Positions 38,523 to 50,032 of a stretch of DNA of 64,000 nt are shown piece by piece. The position numbers and the translations under genes are program-made. The notes under the pieces were generated by a model that was not told the DNA's origin, made no database searches, and saw nothing but the letters and a program-made list of their open reading frames with translations. Source of the DNA: Octopus bimaculoides (lineage: Eukaryota); the NCBI RefSeq assembly GCF_001194135.2, contig NC_069002.1, forward strand, positions 3,345,120-3,409,119, read 5' to 3'. Numbering within the stretch: the first letter of the stretch is position 1; each line of letters begins with the position of its first letter.

Positions 38523-39851
38523 CGCCTATGTAATTTACTTTTTTTGTACTCAGTACATAATAAAGGAGTAACTAATAGATTCTTTTGTATTAAATAATTG
38601 TTATAACATATCAAAAATAGTGGGGTTTTTTTCAAACACCGTGAGGCATACATTTTTCTGGAAAGTTATAGCAGGGCCTTGGGGAAAATAGGTTGGGAAA
38701 CACCGATATGAAGGTTTTTTCCTGTTGACTCTCAAAACAATATTTCAGATGTAATAAGTCACGTAATTATTTCGAGTGAGAGCAATTTATATGTAGTAAC
38801 TTTACATTAAGGAGTGGAACGTAGAATTTCCTTTAATTCAAACCATTTCATGGCCTCAACAGACAAAACGGAAAAAGCGTTGTCCCGGAAGATGCACTGG
38901 AACAACCACTCTGACTGACGGAGATCGCACTTACGGTTGACCGTCTCCACTCACAAAAAGTTTTACCACTCAAACCATACATCTAATTTAATTTAACGCG
39001 TGAAACATATATTTTTATAAGTGCAGATATGATTGTGTGGTAAGGAGTTTGTTTCCCCATCATACGGTTTCTGGTTCAGTCCCATTGTGTGGAACCAGTC
39101 GGGCCGACAAAAGCTTTATGAGTGGATTTGGTAGATGGAAACTGAAAGAAGCCCGTCGTGTGTGTGTGTGTGTCTGCTTGACAACCCGTGTTGGGTTGTT
39201 TACGTCTCCATAACTTAGCGGTAAAAGACACCGATAGAACCAGACTTGTCTTTTAAAAGAAATAAGTACTGGAAGCGATTTGTTTGACTAAAACCCTCCA
39301 AAGCGGATCCCTAGCGCGGTCGTAATCCAATGACTGAAACAAGTGAGAGATAAAAAGATACCGGGTTTCAGTTTGGAAGATCAACCCCCAAGGATTACCT
39401 CCAAGACTGATTACTCAAACATTGTTTAATCTATTTGTATACAAAAATAAAATACTTTTTGTCAATCATTGACGCACATACAAAAGTTTCCGTGTGTCTT
39501 TATTCTTTGTAAGGCAATGATAACATTTTACAAGGAAGACGAAGCCAGATGTTTGCAAGCATGCAATTGAAACTGGACCATCCTGCGAAGCGAAGTAGTT
39601 CTATAACCAGATGACAGGAAGCGTCGTCAATGGCAACCATTCAGTTTCCCATTCAATTCCATCCTCGTCTTCTCACGTCACTAATGGTTTTCGTTTTATA
39701 TTTTTATAATTTTTTCTCTTTCTCACTGTCAGACATGCTTTGTATCTTGTCTCTCCCTCTATCCTATCACTGTCTTACTATTTCTTCCCCCCTCTCTCTC
39801 TCCCTTGATCATAGTTTTCGGGGTCCGTATGGCTCTAGTTCACCTATTCCA

Positions 39852-40165
39852 TCATTCTATAAGGGTTTTCTTGGCCATCGAGGTGATAGTAGCGGGGTTA
39901 CATCTCATTGGTCCACTGGGGTAGAAATAGCTAAGGTCGTGCTTGTCCAGGCACTCTTTGTCACGTGTAAGTTTAAGGAGAAGGCCCAGTTTCTCTATGT
40001 TGACACCACGAAACTCCACGTCACTCTCACAGATCATCTCCATGCATTTCTCCACAGCAAAATCAAGGTCGATGGATTGGGAAAGGGACACTACATCCAT
40101 ACTGCCTATCACGTATCCTGTCAGGACGCAGGTGCGGTTCCATTCGCTGATTCTGCTGAATCAAA
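39852..40165 (-). mobile_element. Penelope-like RT remnant abutting the Tigger element
   Basis: VIGSMDVVSLSQSIDLDFAVEKCMEMICESDVEF resembles RT motif A (SxDVxSLY.SI) of Penelope-like elements. Confidence 0.55.
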
Positions 40166-40167
40166 TA

Positions 40168-40977
40168 CAGGTCGTCGTCGACTTACGACCATATTTGGTT
40201 CTGACCGACTGGTCGTAAATCGATTTGGTTGTAAGTCAGTCTATAGGCCTATATAGCTTTGTTTTATCTCTTTACATTCTTAAGGTGTATTCTCAGGTAA
40301 AAATCACACTCAGACTTAACAGCGTCCGTTTCTAGATCTGATCTTCAATCCAAATTTGTAGCAATTTTTCCATTTCGTGGACGGCCCCAGTCCGCTGCTT
40401 TGTCATAACTGTAGATCGCATGGATGCTGAACCTTTCACAGCTTCACGAATCCTTTCTTTATCCTTCGAAATTGTCGTAACAGTAGAGTGTGATAACTTG
40501 AGTTCATGTGCGATCTCGTTCACTTTCTTTCCTCCTTCGTGTTCTCTAATCACCATCATTTTTGTGTCGAGGTCGATGGCTTTTCTTTGCTTCTTGGCAG
40601 TTTGAGGAGTAGATGAAGACAACTTCCTCTTTGGGGACACATAGACACCGGAAGAGTCGCGCTCTATCGAGCCTGGCGTCAGTAAAAAAAATTCAGTCTC
40701 AAGCAATCGTCTTATAAAACAAATACGAGGTTGCCTCGACGTCTCCGCGACAGGATATTCATCCAACATTTAGGATAACCACAGTGGCGATCGATAACCA
40801 AACCTAGGGTTAGCGTTTGTTAGCTGACATCATCCGTTGACGGGTTAATTTCTAGGTAATTAAACCCATTAGATCTCAACTGGACTATTTACTCTTGCTG
40901 CCGGGAGCTGGCGGGGGCCAATCGTTGTAAAGTCGATTGGTCATAAGTCGGATAGGTCCTAAGTCGACGACGACCTG
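40168..40977 (-). mobile_element. Internally deleted Tigger/pogo-family DNA transposon (810 bp) with TA target-site duplication and 22-bp TIRs
   Basis: TA (40166-40167) followed by caggtcgtcgtcgacttacgac, and gtcctaagtcgacgacgacctg followed by TA (40978-40979). The TIRs differ at 1 of 22 positions. Confidence 0.92.
40332..40769 (-). CDS. Truncated Tigger-like transposase: N-terminal pipsqueak/CENP-B-type HTH only
   Basis: 145-aa ORF containing KKQRKAIDLDTKMMVIREHEGGKKVNEIAHELKLSHSTVTTISKDKERI...EMEKLLQIWIEDQ. It stops at TAG and has no DDE domain. Confidence 0.8.
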   Translation of the reverse strand: MLDEYPVAETSRQPRICFIRRLLETEFFLLTPGSIERDSSGVYVSPKRKLSSSTPQTAKKQRKAIDLDTKMMVIREHEGGKKVNEIAHELKLSHSTVTTISKDKERIREAVKGSASMRSTVMTKQRTGAVHEMEKLLQIWIEDQI

Positions 40978-41361
40978 TAAATATCAAATGAATAGAGCAT
41001 GTGTTTATTGGCAAAAAAATAAAAACGAAAAAAAGAAATGACCCTTTCCAAATGTAACAATATATCTGTTTTGACGCACGATTTCATAAGAATCTTGGAA
41101 ACAAATACATTAAACGCCTTTCTCTCTGTCTTTTTTTACTCTCATTTTCTTTATCTTATCACACACTCTCTACCCTTCTCTATCTCCCTCTCACTCTCTT
41201 TCTTCACATGCTGTTTCTCTCTTTCTCTTTTCCCCCACATGTATTCCTTCTCTGTCTCTCTCACCCTCTTTCTCTTACCTTCTCCTCCTCTTTCTCTTTC
41301 CCTCTCTTACTTTATCAATTACATATCTTTACGTAGTCTTCACGATCGTATACAGCACTGC

Positions 41362-41425
41362 ATGACGTTCTCGCATACCATTGGTCGATTACCGATGTCT
41401 TAATTGACGTCATACGGCACTTCCT
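41362..41425 (+). promoter_or_regulatory. ALAD proximal promoter motifs
   Basis: CRE half-site atgacgt (41362), attgg (41380-41384), full CRE TGACGTCA (41405-41412) and an ETS-like cacttcc (about 41418-41424), 85-150 nt upstream of the ATG. The region retains CpGs. Confidence 0.55.
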
Positions 41426-41509
41426 TCCATGTGCTATCATTAAGCGAGCGAGCTTCGCCAGCTTTGTTGTTTCACGTTTCTCTCTCAATCTTTCTGCTTC
41501 AGAACCGAT

Positions 41510-41631
41510 ATGGCATCCGAGAAGGAGCATAAGGTTCTGCACAGTGGTTACTCACATCCCGTCCTTAGAACTTGGCAGACCAACTCAGCCAGTATATCGG
41601 CTGCTAACCTCATATATCCACTCTTTGTTAC
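41510..41631 (+). CDS. ALAD: Delta-aminolevulinic acid dehydratase (porphobilinogen synthase), coding exon 1
   Basis: Not in the ORF track. Encodes [40 protein letters not shown](T), with donor AC|gtaagt. Matches the ALAD N-terminus LHSGYFHP.LR.WQ...NLIYPIFVT. Confidence 0.95.
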
Positions 41632-44600
41632 GTAAGTAAAAGACTACTTGTGATTGATCCTTCGTGCCATGCCTTCATTTAGTGTTAGTTAAACCCTCTT
41701 AGCCAGCTTGGTTGTAGTCGTCCGTCCGTCAGATCGTCCACATTTCCTTCCGCTTTCATCCTCTTTCTCACTGTGAATCAATACTTCACACACACACACA
41801 CGCACACATCTCTCTCTCTCTATCTCTCTCTGTCTGTCTGTCTGTCTCTCTCTCTACACACACTCATATCTGTACTCACACGTGTATGTGTTTGTGTATA
41901 TATGTATATATTCACCTCTACACACACACACACACACACACACATACATACATACATACATACATACAGAAGAGGCAGAATGAGTAAGATTAACTGTGTT
42001 TTTGGTTTCTCTAAATGCACTAAAAACACTATAACATATTCAGAACACTATTTCAGAAAATTTTCTCCGTTCTGAGCATACAAAAGATCAATTTAGTCGA
42101 GGCAAAATGAGTAAGTCAAGATAGGTAAATTTACCTCTTCAATTCAACAGAATTACATTTGAAAATTGATCCATACTCATTAATATACATCCTTAGACTT
42201 CAGAAATGCAACAAAAATCTAAATATATTGGTCAAATGAAAGAGGATCATGGAAAAATGACACAGGATATGAAATTAACGAAACTCAACATACAACGTTC
42301 TACATAGCTTCTTAATGATCAGCTGGAGTGTCTCTCTTCCTCATTCATGCAGTCATTACTCATTTTGCCCCCACTTTAAATTGGATAATTATCAAATAGG
42401 ACATTAACGTTACGTTGGGGAAAAAAATAACTTGGAATCCAAAAGAGATGTGAATATTGACTGTTAAATACCCAAAAATTTCCAGGCATTTTATTAGCTA
42501 CCTCAATTACAATCGGGTCAAAGTTGAGGGTGGGGGACCAACCTATCATCTGACTTATGTTTCAAACTCTCTACTTCACCAACATCTACGCTGACCAGTT
42601 TCGATCCCTAACGGTGATGCAACACGTGCAATGTAATGATTTCAAATTGATCGGGAGAAAATAACGAGAAATCACAAATTACTCATTTTGTCCCTCCCCC
42701 CTGTCATCGGTACACGCGTTAACATCTCGACAGAGAGCAGAGTATAGTGCCAGTCCAGGTGGATGGATTCGCGACATTTATTAGAATGTTGGATAAGATG
42801 CTTTGACATTTCCTTTATTGGTTCTTGTTCTCTGCGTTGTGAGCTAAAAAAAATTTCATTCAGGTGCCGATGGTCAGAACTAATTGCTCTGAACACGGGG
42901 GCAATTTGACCAGCGTGGAACAGGTATTCATATCACACAGCCAGCATAATAGGCNNNNNNNNNNNNNNNNNNNNNNNNNNNNNNNNNNNNNNNNNNNNNN
43001 NNNNNNNNNNNNNNNNNNNNNNNNNNNNNNNNNNNNNNNNNNNNNNNNNNNNNNNNNNNNNNNNNNNNNNNNNNNNNNNNNNNNNNNNNNNNNNNNNNNN
43101 NNNNNNNNNNNNNNNNNNNNNNNNNNNNNNNNATATATATAATGATGTATGTATGGCGGGAGTGTTAGATGAAACGGGAGAGATACAACGTGATACGTGT
43201 GTATACATTTTTTTTAATCAGCAGAAATGTTATGCACACGCATGCATATATTGACTTATATACACATAAACAGATTGTATATGTATATAGATGCATCACC
43301 TCGTCATCTACACTTACATTTGAACAAATACCATTATATATGTACACACACACACCTCTTTATATGCACATCTGTGCATGTACAGTTGTCATCCATGTAT
43401 GTACGTTATCCATGTGTATAATACTTATATACGGACGTGTACATGCTTGTTACACATCTACCCAGATTTTCGTCCATCCATCTATCTCTACACATGAAAT
43501 ATATTCATATGTACATTGTCATATGTATGTGTNNNNNNNNNNATGTGTTTCTCAACCATTCCCCCCCCCCTATGAACCACTTTCATTCCTATTTTACATT
43601 CGATGTTTAAAAATTGCTATTATATTTCTATAATTAAATATGATCAGGAATTGTATTTAAAAAAGATGTTGGAATATTTTAACAATAAATCCCAACGTTC
43701 GCCGCAGTGGATATTTTATTTGGACCCCGGTTGTGAACCTCTGGGCTATATACAACGCCATATAAACTTTACGTCTAAACGAGAAAGTGTGCCTAATGTT
43801 TAGTGCGGGAGTACTTGTCACAGCTGGACAATTAAACCGTCTTTATTCAAGAATATTTGCGTGTTTAATTCAAATGATGCTGTATAAATCCAAATATATT
43901 TGTATTGACTTTCAGTATGGGATTGTATATTACAATATACGGTAAAAATTATAATTGTACACCCAGCTCGATTATTAATATATGATTTTGTGTGTTTTTA
44001 GTAGTTTTTAAAAGCCAGCCTGGAAGAGACGTGCATTCATTCAGAAATTGTTTGTCCCATTTTCACCAGCGTTCTTTCTGTTACTGGTTCCATTCCATGT
44101 CAGGACGTCACTTTCATGGAGTTTTAATCACATTGGTGGCCCATCTACTTATTTCCATTAAGCAATAATTTAAAAAATTTTCTTATCAATTACTGATTAC
44201 CAAACTACTAAGATACAAGGCATAAAAGGATATTATTATTTTAAATATCGCCATGATCGTTGTTGATCATCGTCATTTTACGTCTGCTTCCTATGTTGGC
44301 ATGGGTTGGACGGTGTGAAACTGGCTTCGAAACAGTTTCGTCATTTCAACGTTCATTTTTTTTTCCGTGCTTGCATGGGTCGGGCGGAGTTTATGGAGGT
44401 TGGTTTTCTACTGCTGGATGTCCTTCCTGCCGTCAACCCTCCCCTGTTTCCATGCAAGGTTAATATTTCCCCATGTTCAGACAGGTTTAGGNNNNNNNNN
44501 NNNNNNNNNNNNNNNNNNNNNNNNNNNNNNNNNNNNNNNNNNNNNNNNNNNNNNNNNNNNNNNNNNNNNNNNNNNNNNNNNNNNNNNNNNNNNNNNNNNN

Positions 44601-46186
44601 NNNNNNNNNNNNNNNNNNNNNNNNNNNNNNNNNNNNNNNNNNNNNNNNNNNNNNNNNNNNNNNNNNNNNNNNNNNNNNNNNNNNNNNNNNNNNNNNNNNN
44701 NNNNNNNNNNNNNNNNNNNNNNNNNNNNNNNNNNNNNNNNNNNNNNNNNNNNNNNNNNNNNNNNNNNNNNNNNNNNNNNNNNNNNNNNNNNNNNNNNNNN
44801 NNNNNNNNNNNNNNNNNNNNNNNNNNNNNNNNNNNNNNNNNNNNNNNNNNNNNNNNNNNNNNNNNNNNNNNNNNNNNNNNNNNNNNNNNNNNNNNNNNNN
44901 NNNNNNNNNNNNNNNNNNNNNNNNNNNNNNNNNNNNNNNNNNNNNNNNNNNNNNNNNNNNNNNNNNNNNNNNNNNNNNNNNNNNNNNNNNNNNNNNNNNN
45001 NNNNNNNNNNNNNNNNNNNNNNNNNNNNNNNNNNNNNNNNNNNNNNNNNNNNNNNNNNNNNNNNNNNNNNNNNNNNNNNNNNNNNNNNNNNNNNNNNNNN
45101 NNNNNNNNNNNNNNNNNNNNNNNNNNNNNNNNNNNNNNNNNNNNNNNNNNNNNNNNNNNNNNNNNNNACAACCTTTTATATATACCGTAAGTTATACCCA
45201 CAATATGCTGTCATCTATAATATGGATCACTCGAATAGTCTGCATATGACTACAAATATCGTAGGGTTTTGCATACAAGAAGTTGAGAAAGCAGTTTACC
45301 AAGATTGTCCGTGCAGTGAGTAGAGAAAAAAACTCCCTCGGGGGTGGGGGAGGCTTAAAATCTAAAATCAAGGGAGATAATTTCGCTAAAACCAGTTTAT
45401 AGAATTTCTTTTCAGAAAATATAGAAATGTAAATTCCGGGAGCTGATTGGGTCTTCGAAGACAGCCGTGAAATAGGTCATCCATAAACGCACTAACGTGC
45501 ATGAAAATCTGCATAGAAACATATATGTTATAATGCATATCGTCATCAGTGGTGCTGGTGCCATGTTAAAAGCCCTCGTGCTGGTGCCGCATAAAAACGC
45601 TCAGTTGGTGCCATGCTAAAAACCCTGGTGCCGGAGCCATTTAAAAAGCACTGGTGCTGGTGACACATAAAAACGCTCATGTAGGTGCCACATAAAAAGC
45701 ACCCAGTACACTCTGTGGGGTGGTTGGCATTAAGAAGGGCATCCAGCCATAGAAGCCGTGCCTGAACAGACAATGGAGCCTGGTGTGGCCCTTGGCCGTA
45801 CCAGTTCTGGTCAAACTGCCCATCCCATGCCAGCATGGAAAATGGTCGTTAAATGATGATGATGATGATGATGATGATTTTTCCACTCTTGCATAAATCG
45901 GTTGAAATATGCTTAGGTGAATTTTCTAAGGCTGAATACCCTTCTTGTCACCAACCTTCACCTGTTTACTAATAAGCTAATAATTCCCCATGGCCAGGTA
46001 TGTTTTTATTTTTTTTGCACAGAAGATTGAAAGCGAAGGACACCAGTTGCATAACAGGGGCACTCGTTTACAACTATCATGCAATGTCATGGCAAGGAGA
46101 CAACTACATATACACGCATATATATGTATCTTGTTTCAGTTATTCAACTGTGGCCATGCTGGGGCACTGCCTTGAATGACTTAGTT

Positions 46187-46441
46187 CTGTGGTTCTCAAT
46201 TGGGGTCCATATGGCCCTTGCAAGTCCTTATAAGATTTTGTTAAAATTTTATGTGAAATAAGTTTGTTATACTTCTGTAATATACAAAGTATTTCAACAA
46301 CAGTTTTTTTTTTATACATTTCGTAATAGTATTTGATTATTTTAAAAAGGTTTTTTAAACATTGAATGGCTAATGAGGGCCCACCTGAGTAAATCAGGAC
46401 CCAAAGGAGTCCTTAAGTTAAAAAATGGTTGAAAACCACTG
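46187..46441. mobile_element. Possible hAT-type MITE
   Basis: Ends ctgtggttctcaatt and ggttgaaaaccactg form an 11/15 inverted match. No 8-bp TSD was found. Confidence 0.35.
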
Positions 46442-47945
46442 GTTCATTTGAACAAAATGACTCCAATACTTACATCATTATCATCATACATCCAATTTCT
46501 GTGCTGGGTTTGATGGGAGCTGGTAAGGCCAGGGGTCGGCACCAGGCTCCATTGCCTATTCTAGCATGGTTTCTATGGCTGGATGCCTTTCCTAATGCCA
46601 ACCACTCTGCAGAGTGTACTGGGTGCTTTTTATGTGGCACCAGCACCTGTATCAATTCTACTGTGATGGACAGGTCTTTATGAATACAACAAGGGGCCAG
46701 ATATCTCAGTCCTTTGTCATCTGCTTCATAAGGCTCAACGTCTTGAGATCGGTTTCAGTACTTCTTCATCCTATGTCTTCCTGGATCTTCTTCAAGTTCC
46801 ATCCATTTTGAATGATCAGCACTTCATACTATCATATTATCATCCAATATATTTCTGCATACAAATACACTTTTGTTGGCACACACATATAAGAATATAC
46901 GTGTATATCTGTTTTTGACCACACACACACAAATTCATCATCATCCCATGCTTATGTAGGTCAGATAGAATTTCTTGAGCAGATTTATTTTCTATGGCCC
47001 ATCCTATTGCCAATACTAACCTTTCACCATGTAAGGTAATGTTTTCTTATAGCTAGGTGTGTCCCACACAAGACTGGAAGCAAACGACCTCACTTATATA
47101 ATGATGATGCATTCACAATCACCTTGTGATGTCTAAACAGGTTTTCACATGTACGCACACAACAGGCTTCTTTCAGTTTCCATCTACCAAATTCACTCTG
47201 AAGGTTTTAGTCAGTCCTGGGTCTAAAGTAGAAGACACTTGCTCAAGACGATGTGCATCTATATACTTTGGTTCCTTTTACTGATTTCATTTATGCAGTT
47301 ATACTGGGGCCATTACTGTCAAGGGCTTTCCACATAATATTTGGTTTTGGATTTTGGCACAAGACCAGCTATTTTATGAGAAGGGGTAAGTCAATTACAT
47401 TGACCCCCTCTCCACCCACTGCTCAATTGGTATTTATTTTATTGACCCCCAAAAAGATGAAAGGCAAAGTTGACCTTGGTGGATTTCAACTCAGAACGCA
47501 AAGATGGATGGAATGCTGATAAACATTTTGCCCACCATTCTAACAGTTCTGCCAAGCTGGATCCAAATTCCAGCTTGTCCAAGATGTTACACAGTCAGAT
47601 TGGTCCCAGGAGCATAAAACAGGAAAGCAAAAACTTCTTACCATGCAGCCACCATCAACACCTATGCTTATTAGATCTCACCCACACACCAAGCTAAGTG
47701 AGATCGCGTGGTCGTGGCCAGTGCCAGTGATGCATGAATTGCGCCCCTGTCGGTGACACGTAGAAGGTACCAGTGCCATGTTGATAATACTCAGCACACA
47801 CTGTCAAGTGGTTGGTGTTAAGGAAGGGCATCCAGCCGTAGAAACCAGGCAGAAACAGACTGGAGCATGGATGCAGCTCTCCTGCTTACCAATCCCAGTC
47901 AAACCGTCTAACCCATGCCAGCATAGAAAACAGGCGTTAGATGAT

Positions 47946-47977
<32 letters not shown>

Positions 47978-48803
47978 ACTGGCACTCCGTCACTTACGTC
48001 GACAAGAGTTCCAGTTGATACGATCAGCTTATATATAGATATATACACATATGCATATATATATATATATATATACACACACATAGGCATATATATATAC
48101 ACATGCATATATATATACATCTATCTATCTATATATATATATATATATATATATANNNNNNNNNNNNNNNNNNNNNNNNNNNNNNNNNNNNNNNNNNNNN
48201 NNNNNNNNNNNNNNNNNNNNNNNNNNNNNNNNNNNNNNNNNNNNNNNNNNNNNNNNNNNNNNNNNNNNNNNNNNNNNNNNNNNNNNNNNNNNNNNNNNNN
48301 NNNNNNNNNNNNNNNNNNNNNNNNNNNNNNATATATATATATATATATATGTATATATAGTGGAGGGAAAGAGCTACGTGCGTGAATACAGCGATTAAAA
48401 AAAAAACTGTCCATCTTGTCCTGTCGTGACCTTCTACTCACTAATAACTCCCACTTAAAATGAATTGGTGAGGACGGTGAATGGTTATCTGTTCAGCTGA
48501 TTTTCTTTCTTTCTACTACACATACACACTTAACGTTGCTGGTTCACACACACACAGATACGATGTGCATATATATACATGTTCCTACAATCTACACGTC
48601 CCCAGCTATTCCTGTAGCTAGCCCACGTACATTCGCAGCTCGTATTACTATCTATGTAATACACACACTGACTAATATATATGTACACGGATTGATACTA
48701 AATATAAACTGAAGCGTTGTTTATTTACCAGAGCCAGATAACCTTCAACAGTTATGTGGCATATCTATCGTATAACTGTCTATCTGTATATCCATTTAAC
48801 CGA

Positions 48804-48804
<1 letters not shown>

Positions 48805-48848
<44 letters not shown>

Positions 48849-48882
48849 AGTCTATCTATCTATCAGTCTATCTATCTATCAG

Positions 48883-48951
<69 letters not shown>

Positions 48952-49020
48952 TCCTCCATCGATCTATCTATTCCTCCATCGATCTATCTATTCCTCCATC
49001 GATCTATCCATCCATCCATC
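48805..49020. repeat. (ATCT)n tract grading into three 20-nt units (tatctattcctccatcgatc)
   Basis: Seen directly in the sequence. Confidence 0.9.
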
Positions 49021-49896
49021 TATCTGTCAGCTTCTAGCTGTCTGTCCATCCATTCATCCGTCTCCGTGGAAACCTTTACGTGATCGCTCGGCCCGTTAGA
49101 AATAGCAGTTAAGTCTTCCTTAAATCACACTCGGCTGTCCTTTTATAAAATGAAATAAAAAGACAAGACCATTTGATGACAGAGATCTTAAGACGAGGTG
49201 GTCATGCCGTAATGTTTTTTTGACCATAGCTCTGTTTAAGCACAGCTGGCCCACGATTGATTATCGCCATCCTGACCACTTCCTCGCTCTCTCTCTCTCT
49301 CTCTCTCTCTCGCACACACACATATATATGCGGGGGAGGGGGTGTTAAGACGGCAGGATACACATGGCAAGTGCTAACTACCACAGCAAAACAATATTCA
49401 CGTCAGGCATACACACCCACATATTCAATATAAAAAGAAATCAATCAAGTCCACAAACGGATTCAGATCGATCCAACCCCATTTTCGAACCCAACTTATT
49501 AGTTTTTTTATCCCATCAACGAAATCTCGCTTCATTTCCTAATACTTCCACTCCTTTCTTGTCCTCCCCCCTTCTCCTTTTCAGTCGGGTTATTTTGAGG
49601 ACGTCTTGTCTTCGTTTCTGACTGACATCACTGCTTTTAACCTTCTCACAATGAGAACATCGACGTTTATATTTAGAATTTTCCTGTTTTTCTTTTTAAA
49701 AAAATATCTCGTCATTAATACAGGTTAAACTATAAAAGTCAATGCTCGGAAATAAGCCCAACACGGCTCTGGGGATTGGCAGGCAAAAATTGAATAAAAT
49801 AAATTGAAATAATAGTGAGCACACACGTACTTGCACGCGACGAACAATAAAATAATTAATAATAACATCATATAAAAAAATGTCAAGTGTGGTGCG

Positions 49897-49917
49897 TGAC
49901 TTTTGGCCCACCTTGTA
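49897..49917 (-). mobile_element. Single Tc1/mariner-like terminus
   Basis: Reverse complement reads TA caaggtgggccaaaagtcac. The partner TIR was not found. Confidence 0.3.
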
Positions 49918-49987
49918 GATTGCTCTTTTCAATATATACAGCTAATATATATATATAATTATATACATACGTTTGTGTAATTTTGTT

Positions 49988-50032
<45 letters not shown>

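Noticed and set aside
45545-45710. Array of 25-30-bp degenerate units (gtgctggtgcc...aaaa) resembling CRISPR repeats; similar at 7930-8130
   Set aside because: There are no unique spacers, the context is eukaryotic, and the units are part of the RTE-tail/SINE body that continues into gtggttggcattaagaagggcatccagc.
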